Shown here: in pieces, positions 11,721 through 23,786 of the stretch
Layout: each line of letters opens with the position of its first letter
Position numbering within the stretch: the stretch's first letter is position 1
From: Rhynchobatus australiae
Taxonomy: Eukaryota
DNA: 64,000 nt
Direction of reading: 5' to 3'
Assembly: GCA_034780895.1 (NCBI GenBank)
Contig: JAUZTB010000079.1
Coordinates: 16,146,085 to 16,210,084 of the forward strand
Program-made: the position numbers and the translations under genes
The notes under the pieces: generated by a model
The model's input: only the letters and a program-made list of their open reading frames with translations
Database searches by the model: none
Told to the model about the DNA's origin: nothing

Positions 11721-13500
11721 AAAAACACTGATGCTGGAGGAACTCAGCAGGCCAGGCAGCATCCGTGGAGAAAAGCAGGTAGTTGACGTTTCAGGTCAGG
11801 ACCCTTCTTCAGGACTGAAGATAGGAAAAGAGGAAGCCCAATGTATATAGAAGGGAAAAGCAGAGCAGTGATAGGTGGACAAAAGAGGGAAGGTGGGGTG
11901 GGCACAAAGTGGTGATAGGTAGATGCAGATAAGAAATAGTGATAGGCAGGTGCGGGGGNNNNNNNNNNNNNNNNNNNNNNNNNNNNNNNNNNNNNNNNNN
12001 NNNNNNNNNNNNNNNNNNNNNNNNNNNNNNNNNNNNNNNNNNNNNNNNNNNNNNNNNNNNNNNNNNNNNNNNNNNNNNNNNNNNNNNNNNNNNNNNNNNN
12101 NNNNNNNNNNNNNNNNNNNNNNNNNNNNNNNNNNNNNNNNNNNNNNNNNNNNNNNNNNNNNNNNNNNNNNNNNNNNNNNNNNNNNNNNNNNNNNNNNNNN
12201 NNNNNNNNNNNNNNNNNNNNNNNNNNNNNNNNNNNNNNNNNNNNNNNNNNNNNNNNNNNNNNNNNNNNNNNNNNNNNNNNNNNNNNNNNNNNNNNNNNNN
12301 NNNNNGGTGGTCTGCAAAACTGTCATCTAGTCTGTGTTTTGTCTCGCCAGTGTAGACGAGGCCACACTTGAAGTACTGAATGCAGTAGATGATATTAAGG
12401 GACATGTAGGTAAATCTGTCTCTCCTGAAGGGACTGTTTGGGTCCCATGATGGACGTGGTGTAGTGGCAGGTGTAGCACCAATGGCAGGGGCAGTGGAAA
12501 GTTCCCAGGGTGGGTGTGTACTAGGGAGTCATGGAGAGAGCAGACCCTGCGAAGGGTGGGGAGGGGGATGACGTGCTTGTAGTTGGGACCCATTGGAGAT
12601 GGCGTAAGTGGCGGAGAATGAGGTGTTGGATACGTTGGCTGGTAGGATGAAATGTGAGCCTATCGCTGTTGGATCTGCATCTCCCCATTGCCAGTCACTT
12701 CAGCTCCCCTTCCTACACTATCACAGATATGTCAGTCTTCGGGCTCCTCCACTGCTAAGAGAATTGCAAGTGCAAACTGGAGGAACAACGCCTCATTTTC
12801 TATCTTGGAACCTTGCAGCCTTAAAGGCATGAACATTGAATTCTCCCACTTTAAGTAAACCGCCCCTTCCCCTCCCCCAACCATGCCTCTTCATTTCTTC
12901 CCTTTCCTAGCCTATCTTTTTCTTCCCCCTTTTTTTCGTCCTTTTTTTTCTCTCCTTACCTTTGACACNNNNNNNNNNNNNNNNNNNNNNNNNNNNNNNN
13001 NNNNNNNNNNNNNNNNNNNNNNNNNNNNNNNNNNNNNNNNNNNNNNNNNNNNNNNNNNNNNNNNNNNNCCGTAAAGGCATGAACATTGAATTCTCCCACT
13101 TTAAGTAAACCCCCCCTTCCCCTCCCCCAACCATGCCTCTTCATTTCTTCCCTTTCCTAGCCTATCTTTTTCTTCCCCCTTTTTTTCTTCCTTTTTTTTC
13201 TCTCCTTACCTTTGACACACACCCCCTGGTGGATTTGCTCTCCCCTCCTTCCCCGTACCTGCATATCACTATCTCTTATATACATCTACCTATCACCACC
13301 TTGTACCCACTCTTTTGTCCTGCAATGCTTTTCCCTTCCTATATATTGGGATTTCCTTTTTCCTGTCTTCAGTCCTGAAGAAGGGTCCTGACTCAATATT
13401 GACAGCCTGCTTTTCTTCACGGATGCTGCCTAGCCTGCTGAGTTCCTCCAGCATCAGTGTTTTTAACATGGATTCCAGCATCTGCAGTCCTTTATTTCTC
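11721..13500. mobile_element. Penelope-like retroelement remnant with head-to-head inverted arms and GIY-YIG endonuclease fragments
   Basis: Minus strand 12306-12405 reads SLNIIYCIQYFKCGLVYTGETKHRLDDSFADH (GIY-YIG). Plus strand about 12670-12858 reads LPIASHF...DMSVFGLLHC...KLEEQRLIFYLGTLQP..GMNIEFSHFK* (its C-terminus). 11721-11958 is the reverse complement of about 13251-13462. Confidence 0.9.
11780..11817 (-). ncRNA. Minimal type I hammerhead ribozyme motif in the Penelope terminal repeat
   Basis: Minus strand reads CAGTC-CTGAAGA-AGGGTCCTGACCT-GAAA-CG-TC-AACTA: CUGANGA and GAAA boxes, stem II, GUC cleavage triplet. Stem I pairs at only 3 of 5 positions. Confidence 0.65.
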
Positions 13501-15183
13501 TCGTTTTAAAAAAAATAGTTGTTTTGTGTGCAGCAGCACACAGAACTGTTTTGAAACAAGTCATGTTTGGTCCGTGCAATTGCCTAAGAAAAAGATCATC
13601 TAAAGCATAGCTCTGTAGTCTTTTCTGCTTTCTGAAGCCACACTGAGCACTGCAAGTAAAGGTTTGTTTTTTTCTTACTGTTGAATATAGAAAAGTACCT
13701 TTTGAGAAATTTAGAGTTTCAGTGACAGCGTAATACCTTTTGTTTTGGAAATGCAGTTGTACTGTAGTTCTTGAGCGGGTTGGGTGAGGTGTCATGGGGT
13801 GGGGGGTGGAATATGCAGGGAAGAATGTTGGTATAGTAAATTGTTATTCCCGTAAGTTGATCTCTTAGTGTCGATAGCGATTGTGAAAAGCTGAATGAAT
13901 GAGATACTTGGCACTGATGACTGATTCTATTCCAACTGCAGTTTTGGTTTAGGTCAGCTAACGCAGATATCTATTCATTCCAATTATATACTCCTGAGAA
14001 TTTTCACCTGAAGAGTCAAATATTCTGTATGAAGGTTAAAGGGCTAAGAACAGTTTCTTTGAATTCTTTCATTTGATATACGCCCCTACCCAGTACCACA
14101 TCAAGCATCCATTCAATTTGAAGGTGTGATCCACACGCCCTTGTGTCTGCCTGCCTGCGTACAGCCTCCCAGCCTTCTATATCATCTTTTGCTTTCATGT
14201 CGTTGGTCATATGAGAATTGCCCATCATCTTACAGTGTAACAAATATGATTAAATGTGAGATGAATGCACAAATTTATGAATAGAAACTAAAGGAACATA
14301 AAATTAAGGCAGCTGGTTCACTCTAAAATTATGCATTTAAAATTGCATAATGCCATTTATTAAAAAAACAATTTGACGTTCAGGCACAGAATGTCACAGA
14401 TGACCACCCTTATAACATATTGTACGTAGCATGCCATAGCATCCGGTTTTCTACATTGAAGCATATTTTATCTAGTGAGCAATGGAAATGTGTCAGATAA
14501 TGGTTTCTTCCATCACACTTATCATAAATGCAATGTTTTATATTAAAAAAATAAGATTATAAACAATTCATTTCTCAAAACTTCTGATGAGGAGCCTGAA
14601 ATTTACAATCATTTTCCAGTATGATTTTTTTTTCCCAGAGTCAAAGTCATTTATTAGACACTATATGTTAGACTTTGTAACTTTATAGGGACATGGTTTA
14701 ACACTTTGCTCTCCCCTGTGGTTTACTACCAGTGATACCACATGGTGTTAGTATAAATGGCATGCAAACCATGAACTTGATCAACACAAGCACAAAAAGA
14801 GCTAATCTAAGTGCAGATTGGTGTCAAGCAAGGTGCTATCATTGACCCAAGCCTTTTCTCAATCTTCCTTGCCTCCAACAAGCCTCCTGTTGTCGAAGTG
14901 CCAATGTACAGGACAGATAAGGAACTATTCAACCTATGTCACTTACACTCCAAAACAGAGTCACTAAAGGTTCAGTACACAGAGGCTGAGCTCCAAGTTT
15001 TCATTCGACTCGTTCACTGAAAAGTATGAGTGAGGGGACAATATGCTTTACTTTTAGAAAAAAATAAGGTTCTCTACCAACTTGCCAACATCCATGGTGA
15101 AACCCTTAAATATGGACTGTTTCCTCAATTTTGGAAAATGGTAGCCAAGGATGGTGAAATTCACCATCATCTTCAGTGTGTTT

Positions 15184-15235
15184 GAAGATCAAGACCTCAA
15201 ACCTGACTCGAAGATCAAGACCTCAAACCTGTCTC
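15184..15235 (+). repeat. Tandem duplication with 26-bp period
   Basis: gaagatcaagacctcaaacctg occurs at 15184 and 15210. Confidence 0.9.
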
Positions 15236-15278
15236 AAAGATCATGATCTATCAGGCAGCTGTGAATCCTGACTTCTAC

Positions 15279-17047
15279 TATAGAATAGTACAGCACAGGA
15301 ACGGTCCTTGAGCCTATGATGTTGTGCTGAACAAATCAAACTAATCCTGGCATCCACCACACTCTGAGTAGTAAAAAGAAACAACAAAAATAAACCAAAA
15401 AAATTGCCCCACATATATCCTTCCAACTTGCCCCCTTCACCTTAAATGCATGCCCTCTAGTATTAGACATTTCTACCCTGGGGAAAAGATACCAGCTGTC
15501 TATCTATGTTTCTCATAATCTTGTTAAATTCTATCAGGTCTCCCCTCAGCCTTCGCCACTCCAGAGAAAATAACCCAACTTTGTCCAACCTCTCCTTGTA
15601 GCATATTCCCTCTAATTCAGGCAGCATCTTTTGCACCCTCTCCAAAGCCTCCACAGCTTTCCTATAATGGGGTGACCTTTCCTGTGGTGTACTGTTCTGT
15701 AGAAGTCAGGATTCACTGCTGCCTGATAGATCGGCATATAGACGAGGGAAATGGCAGATGGAGTTTAATCTGACCAAATGCGAGGTGTTGCAGTTTGGAA
15801 TATCAAATGTAAAGGAGAAATATGCAGTTAATGGCAAGACTCTTAACAGTGTTGATGTACAGAAGAATGTTGGGGTCCAAGTCCATAGCTCCCTGAAAGT
15901 GGCTGCACAGGTTGATAGGGTGGTAAAGTCAGCATATGGCAAGTTTGCCTTTATTAGTTGAGGCACTGAGTTCAAGATTTGGGAAGTTATGTTGCAACTG
16001 ATCTATATCCCGTTGTATCCTTTGGCAATCTTCTATGCTATCCACAACACCACCAATCTTAGTATTGTCTGCGAACTTACTAACCTATCCATCCACATCT
16101 TCATCCAGGTCATTTATATACATCACAAACAGCAGTAGTCCCAGTACAGATCCCTGCAGAACACCATTCGTCACAGACATCTAGCCAGAGTAACCCCATC
16201 AACCATTACCCTATGTCTCCTGAGGGCAAGCCAATTCACTGTGGATCCCATGCATCTTAATATTCTGGATTAGCCTGGTAAACCTACCAGGAGGAACCAG
16301 CAGACACCTTACTAAAATCCATAGAGACAACATCCACAGCTCTACTTTCATCAAGTACCTTCATCCTCAAAAAAAAACTCAAGATATGACTTGCCCTGTG
16401 CAAAGCCATGGTTCTCCAAATGCTCATAAATCCTATCCCTAAGCATCCTCTCTAGTACTTTCTTACCACTGATGTGACACTTACCTATCTACAGTTTCTA
16501 GGATTTGTCCTTGTTTCCATTCTTGAATAATGGAAAAATATTAGCTACTCGCCAGTCCTCTGGGACCTTGCCTGTGGTTAGAGAGCACACGAAGATCTTG
16601 GTCCAGCAATCTCATCTGTTGCCTCTCTCAATAACCTGGGGGTATATCCCATCAAGCCTTGGGAGTTTATCCACCTTAATGTGCTTTAAGAGAACACTAC
16701 CTCTTTCTTTATCTCAAAATGCACTAGTATATTAGCACACTCCACACTGATCTTCCTATCCTCCACTTCCTTCTCCTTGTTAAATCCTGACACAAAGGAC
16801 TTTGCCCACATCCTCCAAGCACATGTTCCTTCCTTCATCTTTGAGTGGACCTACCTTCTCCCTAGTTATCCTTTTGCTCAATGTAGGTGCAGAGTGTCTT
16901 GGGATTCTCTTTAATCCTACTTTGCCAAGGGTTTTTCATGGCCCCTCCTGGCTGTCCTAATTCTTGAGTTCTTTTCTAGCTTCATTATAATCCTCAAGGG
17001 CCCTGTTTGATTTTTGTTTCCTAAACCTTACATATGCTTCCTTCCCA
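15279..17047 (-). mobile_element. CR1 LINE with an internal inverted segment (about 15733-16000 on +)
   Basis: 15463..15654(-) EALERVQK...LFSLEWRRLRGDLIE; 15758..15961(+) MEFNL.KCEVLQFG...QVDRVVK; 16000-17040(-) is the upstream RT region. Confidence 0.9.
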
Positions 17048-20000
17048 TGCTTCTGAGATACTGACTTACCAACATTAGCAACCTCAAGCACTGGAGTTTG
17101 TTACTAATTATGTCTCTGCAAAATCCTCCAAGTCCACAGACAGGATAAATTAGTGTCTTATCCCAGATTAACGTGCCCAGCATTGAGCCCTGATTATACT
17201 CAGTCACCTCGAATGGGCAGGTCATGTTGTTTGCATGCCTGATACCAGACTCTTGAAGCAGGCACTTTCCAAGCTGTATCACTGCAAGAGATTTACCAGA
17301 TGGACAAAAGAAATAGCTTAAAGATATTTTCAAACCCTTCTTGAAAAGATATAAAATCCTCACTGACTAGTGTGAATTCCTGGCCTATAGGTCCCCAAAA
17401 TGAAGTACAAGCAATTGGGGTGGCATCGAGACATTTTCAGCTTTTTTCATTAACATTGCTATGCTACTCTGCGCAATAAAACACAATGAAATGAATACGC
17501 CACTTAAATGTTTGTTTTGCCATATTTCATTCATTACAATTTTTAAATTTCCCAGCAGCCTTGTCAAACACCTCCTACTCCACTGATGACAGTCTGTGGG
17601 CTCCACTTTAATGTCATCAGTTATCTCAGAAACCACAGAACTGGAGTGGAAGCAAGTTATCCTTCATCCAAAGGGAATGTCAAAGAAGGAAAAGAACAAG
17701 AAGCAACAATAAATAAAACAATAAAAGGTTCTGCAAGAGCCTGTAGACATGGAATGGAAAACAGCCATTGAGTCCATTCTTTGAAATTTTTTGAAATGTG
17801 CAAAAATATTTTTACCTTTAAATTTGATGTGTTTTAGTCACATCAGGTAATAACCTGAATGCAGTAATATGTAAACAATCTTAGATAATTATCATTTCAT
17901 ACAGCAGCTTTGAGTAAGAAAATGTGCTTCTACATGACACCTATGTTAATTGAGAAACCATATCTTGTTTCTTCACTTTTGTATAAGGCACTCTAACACA
18001 GTGCACAAACAGGAAAGCTTATTGTGACATGTATAAAATTAAGAATGCTTCCCTTTTGTTATCCTTTACGAAATGCCATAAAATCATGAATTTAAAATTT
18101 TATGTGGCTCTGCTTTCTATTCTACAGTTCTTTATATAATTAAGTTTCAGGAAGTAATTCTTTTTATAGAGCCATAATTTGCTGTGAAAGCATGATTGGT
18201 TCATGCTTAGGAATTGTTTGATGAATATTCTCTAATTAGTGAAGATAGTGATTGGTAATTATCTCCAGGTTATGAAAATATATTTGGAAATGCAGCATCC
18301 TTAAACCTGACTAAATTACATATTTTTAGGTGAGTTTTCTTGCATAGAATCTTAGCTATTTTCAAGATCATTACTCGAAGTCATTGCAATGATTACACCA
18401 TATGGTGTCAACAAGCAGTGCAAGCTGAAATGTCTAGTGGCCTATAGCTACATTCATCAAGAACTGTTGTCAATTTAACTGAGCTGAGAATGCTTCACTC
18501 CATCTCTGTGACGGTGTTAAACTGTTGATCTTATTTAGAAGTAATGATGCATGCTACTGCACAGAACTTGCATTTTTCTTGTTTAATATTGCTCTTCAAC
18601 TTGAAGTAATGAGATTGAATCTTGTCTCTATTTCTTGTGGAGCTGTTGACCTCTACTACATCTATTGACCTGTACTATAAAACAAATGGATGAATTTGCA
18701 ATCTGAAAAGAAGGGGGAAATGATTCAGGCAGATTATGCTTTAGCAGGCAGGAGGCTGCACACAGGGCTACAAGTAACTTGTTCCAGCTAATATACAGAG
18801 GGTGTTGTGTTTGAAATCTCTCTCTACAGTTGGAGATTTTAACATCCGCCTTCTGTATTCAGTAAAAGAAGATTTGACCGTAGGCCTATTTAGTTAGCAC
18901 CATTCACTCTTGTTTCATAATGCCAGTAAAGAAGCCATTGAAAAGAGACAAGATTTTCTTGAGAGAAACAGAATTCAGAACCATTTTTGAAGCAGAGAGA
19001 AGGCTTAATTGAATCCTTGTTGAAATTGTAAAGGAATGAAATGTGACAGAACAGAAATGTAAGTAGAACCTTTATTCTATTGTGTCATTAATGTGGAGAT
19101 ATTTTTGCAACAAGTAGCATTGTAATAAAAATTGAAAGTACCTGCATATGTGGTCATCTTGTGTGATTAAGAAATGGTTGGTAATGACTGAACAATGAAC
19201 ACAGAAATTTATTTTGTTACATCTACATATATGTAACTGTTTAAATCCTTGAGTGTTATAGCACAATGATATAGCTCTGCATTGAGATTATGATGCTGGA
19301 AGAAAGGAAAAGAGCAAGATCATTTTTCAGGAAAATATTGAAGGTGCAAAAGGATTTCCTTGGAAATAACCATTGAACCATTAAATATCTCAAAGTTTAA
19401 ATGTGTTTATTTTTGTTTCTTTCTGGAGACCACCAACCTGGTTATCTCTCCAAATAAAAGACCTCATGATTTAGATATCGCAATTAATTAGGTAATTACC
19501 ATGAAGAAACAATGCACCGAATGTATGAATAATCATAGACTTTGTACATGTTTCAATATGTAATGTACAGAGTAAAAGGGATGTGATAATAATGAGATAA
19601 TTGGACAATGTTCAGTGTCATTAAACATAAGAATAGTTTTTATCTATCAGAAAGCCCTTTGGCAAAATCTGTAATTTAATCCATCTTCTGATGCCTTTGT
19701 TTACAATAGATCAAGATTACATTCATATTCCTATTTATTTAGGCCGGTGGCAGGTATTAATAATGATGGTGTAGTTTGTATCATTGGTCTGTGTTAGTAT
19801 GGATACATGAGGTGATTTGTCGTACCATTTATGTAAGTATATTGTGTGGACTTCGTGACTGATGCTTCATTGTTGACACACTAATTTTGAATTAGTTATG
19901 TGCGTTATAGTGGTTTACACCAGTGGCTTGCAGAGATTTTTTTTTAATAATGCACCATTGTCAAGTGACTAAGTGACTTAGTGACTTTAAAATATGTCAT

Positions 20001-20913
20001 CAGCACTCATTTGGTGTTGGTTTCTGAAATGCAAGTACTTGAAANNNNNNNNNNNNNNNNNNNNNNNNNNNNNNNNNNNNNNNNNNNNNNNNNNNNNNNN
20101 NNNNNNNNNNNNNNNNNNNNNNNNNNNNNNNNNNNNNNNNNNNNNNNNNNNNNNNNNNNNNNNNNNNNNNNNNNNNNNNNNNNNNNNNNNNNCAGCAAAT
20201 TTCCACAACTGTTTGAATAGATTTAAAAAGAAAATCAACAAAGAATGGGACATTGGGATGAAAAGAAAGTAGCTCAAAAGCATTGTTAGGGAATTGTGCA
20301 AATCAAGGACAGAGTGGGAAAGCAGAGTTAAGATTAAAAGATCATGCATGTTCTTTAAGAAAGGCAAAGCAGGCTCAAAATGGCTTTATGACTAACTGCT
20401 AATTTTGTGATCTTATCATTTAACTGCTGGTATCTACAGAAAAGCACTATTTTCAGAAGCTTTTCTTCCATTGCCTACTTTTAACCTCATCTGTACCATT
20501 TATATTGCAGGGTTGTGTAGATAGAAACTCTTTGTAAAACAATCAGGCATAAGCAAGCTCGTTCTTGAAGTAAACAAGAAAAAAAAGTGGATTTAATGAG
20601 CTTAATTTTTATAACATCTTGATTGGCACATATGGTTCATGGCATTAAGTTGGCATTTGTATTAATCTTAAGTAGAGAGCTCTAATATTTGAAAAATCTC
20701 CAGCATCAGTGTTAAATTTAAAGACTGCATGTTTGGAGGCCTGATTCTGGAATGGGTTAAGGATTTGCCCTTAAGAGAGAGAGGGTTGTGTTTAATCCCA
20801 GAGCAGTGTTTATGCAAATCTACCAAATGGACACCACTATGTTCCCTACAATGAACAAACACAGCACAAACTGTATTATCTGGATGCCTCAGCTGGGCTT
20901 TTACAACTGCTAC

Positions 20914-21187
20914 TGTTACGGACTAGGTTACAATTAGTGAGGTTCCTTTAAGATTGTGTGTGTGTGTGGCGTGCTTACGTCAATAGAAGATAAAGAACGA
21001 CATGACGTAGTTNNNNNNNNNNNNNNNNNNNNNNNNNNNNNNNNNNNNNNNNNNNNNNNNNNNNNNNNNNNNNNNNNNNNNNNNNNNNNNNNNNNNNNNN
21101 NNNNNNNNNNNNAAGTAGTTATTAATAAAGTAGTTTTTAACACTTATACATGTCTCAGTGTGTTTCTTTTGTTGCTGGTTTGTAACA
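20914..21187 (+). mobile_element. Solo LTR (Gypsy/ERV-type) with 4-bp target site duplication
   Basis: Begins TGTTAC (20914) and ends GTAACA (21187), a perfect 6-bp inverted terminus with TG...CA. Flanked by CTAC on both sides (20910-13, 21188-91). Internal AATAAA near 21124; contains a 100-N gap. Confidence 0.8.
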
Positions 21188-21339
21188 CTACATGTAACAG
21201 CAAATAAACAAAACATGGTTGTTATCCAGTTGTGTTTCAAAAATAAAAAATCTGAAAGCCTGCATTTCTTTACTGCAGGTGGTAAAAATAGGAATGAGCA
21301 CCATGACTTATGCTTACAAATTGGGGGCTATTGCCCGTA

Positions 21340-21845
21340 GTAAACTGTGAAAAGGATCATACCTTGCAGGCAATGTCTTCCAGCACAGTTCCTGGGAGTC
21401 TCTTGTCTTAGCGGCAGAATATACCCAACAGAGGTGGGGGCATAGTGGAATACAAGCAGAAGGAAATAGTCCTGGTGGTCCTCAAAATTGACAGCAGACC
21501 CCATAAAGTCAGGGTATCAGATCAAACATGGACAAGGAAACTACGTTCATCCATCATCCTCCCTATGTTGATGAATCAGTGACATTCCACAACACCTTGG
21601 AAGATGCACTGAAAATAACAAGAACACAGAATATACTCTGAGTGAGGAACTTAAATATCCATCACCAAGAATGGCATGGTTGAGTCCTGAAAGACATAGC
21701 TACCAGATTGACTCTGTGGTGGGTAACAAACGAATCAATACCAGGGATAAAGCTGCTTGACCTTGTCCTTACCAGTCCACCTGTGGCAAAAGCATCTGTT
21801 CATGATAGCATTGATGGTAGTGACCACTGCACAGCCCTTCTAGAA
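21340..21845 (+). mobile_element. LINE apurinic-endonuclease region fossil (CR1/L2 group)
   Basis: Decayed motifs NLNIHHQEW (GDFNxHH type), LLDLVLT and GSDHC. A likely matching 3' end lies at 23385-23448 plus 23787-23905. Confidence 0.65.
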
Positions 21846-21849
21846 ACTT

Positions 21850-23280
21850 AAATCCTACCTTCTATGCTCTGCCCTATGAAGGCAAACATGCCAGGTGGCT
21901 TCTTTACCCCTCTATCTACCTGTGTTGCCACTTTCAGGGAACTATGGAGTTGATCAATATAGTTTACCAACGTTTCTTAGCATTCTACCATTTATTGTAT
22001 ATGTCATACCACTACTTGACTTCCCCAAAGTACATTACCTTGCACTTGTCAGGATTTAATTCCATCTGCCAAAACCCATCTGCCCAACTTCATATCTGAT
22101 CCACATCTTTCTGTATCAATAGACAGCTTTCCTCACTATCCACAGCACCACCAACTTTCGTGTTGTCCGCAAACTTGCTAATCATACCTCGTACATCGTA
22201 CACTTCTGCCAAAGGGAAAGGTTTCTCGCTGTCTGTTCTACCTAACTCTTTCATCGTTTTGTATAGCTCAATTAGTTTCCTCACTTAAAGGAAAAGAAAC
22301 CCAGCCTATCTAGACTCTCCTCATAGTTAAAATGCTCCATCCAGTGCACTGTACCGGTGAACCTCTTCTGCAATGTCCAGTGCAATCACATCCTTGCTAT
22401 AGTGTGACACCCAGAGCTGCACACAGTGCTACAACTGTGATATAGCTCCTATTTTGTNNNNNNNNNNNNNNNNNNNNNNNNNNNNNNNNNNNNNNNNNNN
22501 NNNNNNNNNNNNNNNNNNNNNNNNNNNNNNNNNNNNNNNNNNNNNNNNNNNNNNNNNTCACACAGTGCTACAACTGTGATATAGCTAATATTTTGTATAG
22601 CTATACCGTAACTTTCCTGATCTTGTACTGTCTGCTGCAGCTAATGAAGCATCTATTCCTTCTGCTTCTTTTTAAAGCACCTTATCTGTCTGTGCTGCTG
22701 CCTTTAGGGATCCTTGAACATGTATACCAAGGTTCCTCAGTACTTCCTAGGGTCCCATCATTCACTGTGTATAGCCTAGCCTTACTTATCCCTTTAAAAT
22801 GTATCACCTCACAATATTTAGGATTTTGCTCTGCCCATTTTTACCAGCTCATTAATTTTGCTCTGTAGATGAAGACTACCTACCCTGTTGTCAAAAACAC
22901 CATTTTTCATGTCATCTTAGCAAACCTACTAATCATATCTCGTACAGTTACATTCAGATAATACATAGAACACAGAACAGTACAGTGCAGGAACAGGCCC
23001 TTTGGCCCATGATGTTTGTGCCGAATACAATGCTGAACTAAACTGAATCTCTTCTGCTTATGTTTGAGAGTTGCAGCCTGTATTTCTGTGGTGCATGACA
23101 GGTCACATTTGCAACCATCACTCTCTATCACCAAACTAGTTTCATATCCAATTTGCTAAATTGCCTTGGATCCCATTAGTAAGGACCAGTATCCCATGTG
23201 GGACCTTTTCCAAAGGCCCTAAAGAAGACTATATAAACTTCAACTGCACAACTATCATTGACATACTTGGTTACCTATGG
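21850..23280 (-). mobile_element. Stack of several CR1 fragments
   Basis: 22090..22284(-) GMISKFADNTKVGGAVDSEE; second copy MISRFAKMT near 22910; CR1 tail catagaacacagaacagtacagtgcaggaacaggccc near 22965. Confidence 0.8.
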
Positions 23281-23448
23281 AGACAGAAGGGTGGTCAGTC
23301 TTTTGGGTTGAGACCCTGCATCAGGACAAGAATTTCAGATTCATAGGAACACCACTCCTGGCATATTCTCCTCTAATATATATGCCATCTTGACTTGGAA
23401 ATACATTGCCGTTCCTTCTTCAGGTGGTTTAATTGCTTCCCAACAATA

Positions 23449-23786
23449 ATGGAACAATGGAAGGACAAATCAAGGTAGGACATACACAGTAAATGGTAGG
23501 GCACTGAGGAGTGCGGAGGAACAAAGGGATCTGGNNNNNNNNNNNNNNNNNNNNNNNNNNNNNNNNNNNNNNNNNNNNNNNNNNNNNNNNNNNNNNNNNN
23601 NNNNNNNNNNNNNNNNNNNNNNNNNNNNNNNNNNTTAAGAATAAATTGGATAGATACATGGATGGGAGAGGTCTGGAGGGTTATGGACTGGGTGCAGGTA
23701 AATGGGACTAGTGGAATAATATTTTGGCACAGACTAGAAGGGCCTAAATGGCCTGTTTTCTGTGCTGTAGTGTTCTGTGGTTCTAA
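23449..23786 (+). mobile_element. Younger CR1 3' fragment nested in another LINE 3' end
   Basis: GRTNQGRTYTVNGRALRSAEEQRDL; KNKLDRYMDGRGLEGYG; tail ggcctgttttctgtgctgtagtgttct. Confidence 0.85.

Larger units (their letters stand above)
14700..17705 (+). mobile_element. RTE-clade (BovB-like) LINE fossil split by a CR1 insertion
   Basis: GVKQGAIIDPSLFSIFL and ELFNL..LHSKT at 14820-14960; MIYQAA at 15243; resumes with ASE near 17050, then CLCKILQ, WAGHVVCMPDTRLLKQ and GQKK.LKD; purine-rich gaa tail near 17690. Confidence 0.8.

Noticed and set aside
12822-13218. About 145-bp direct repeat resembling a tandem pseudo-LTR
   Set aside because: The near-identical copies sit on either side of an exactly 100-N gap, most likely overlapping contig ends or haplotypes.
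19725-19760. Possible 11-nt micro-exon (tttag|gccggtggcag|gtatta)
   Set aside because: The motifs are short and occur by chance in 46 kb; there is no supporting evidence.
22421-22597. Direct repeat cacagtgctacaactgtgatatagct
   Set aside because: It flanks a 100-N gap, the same overlap artefact.
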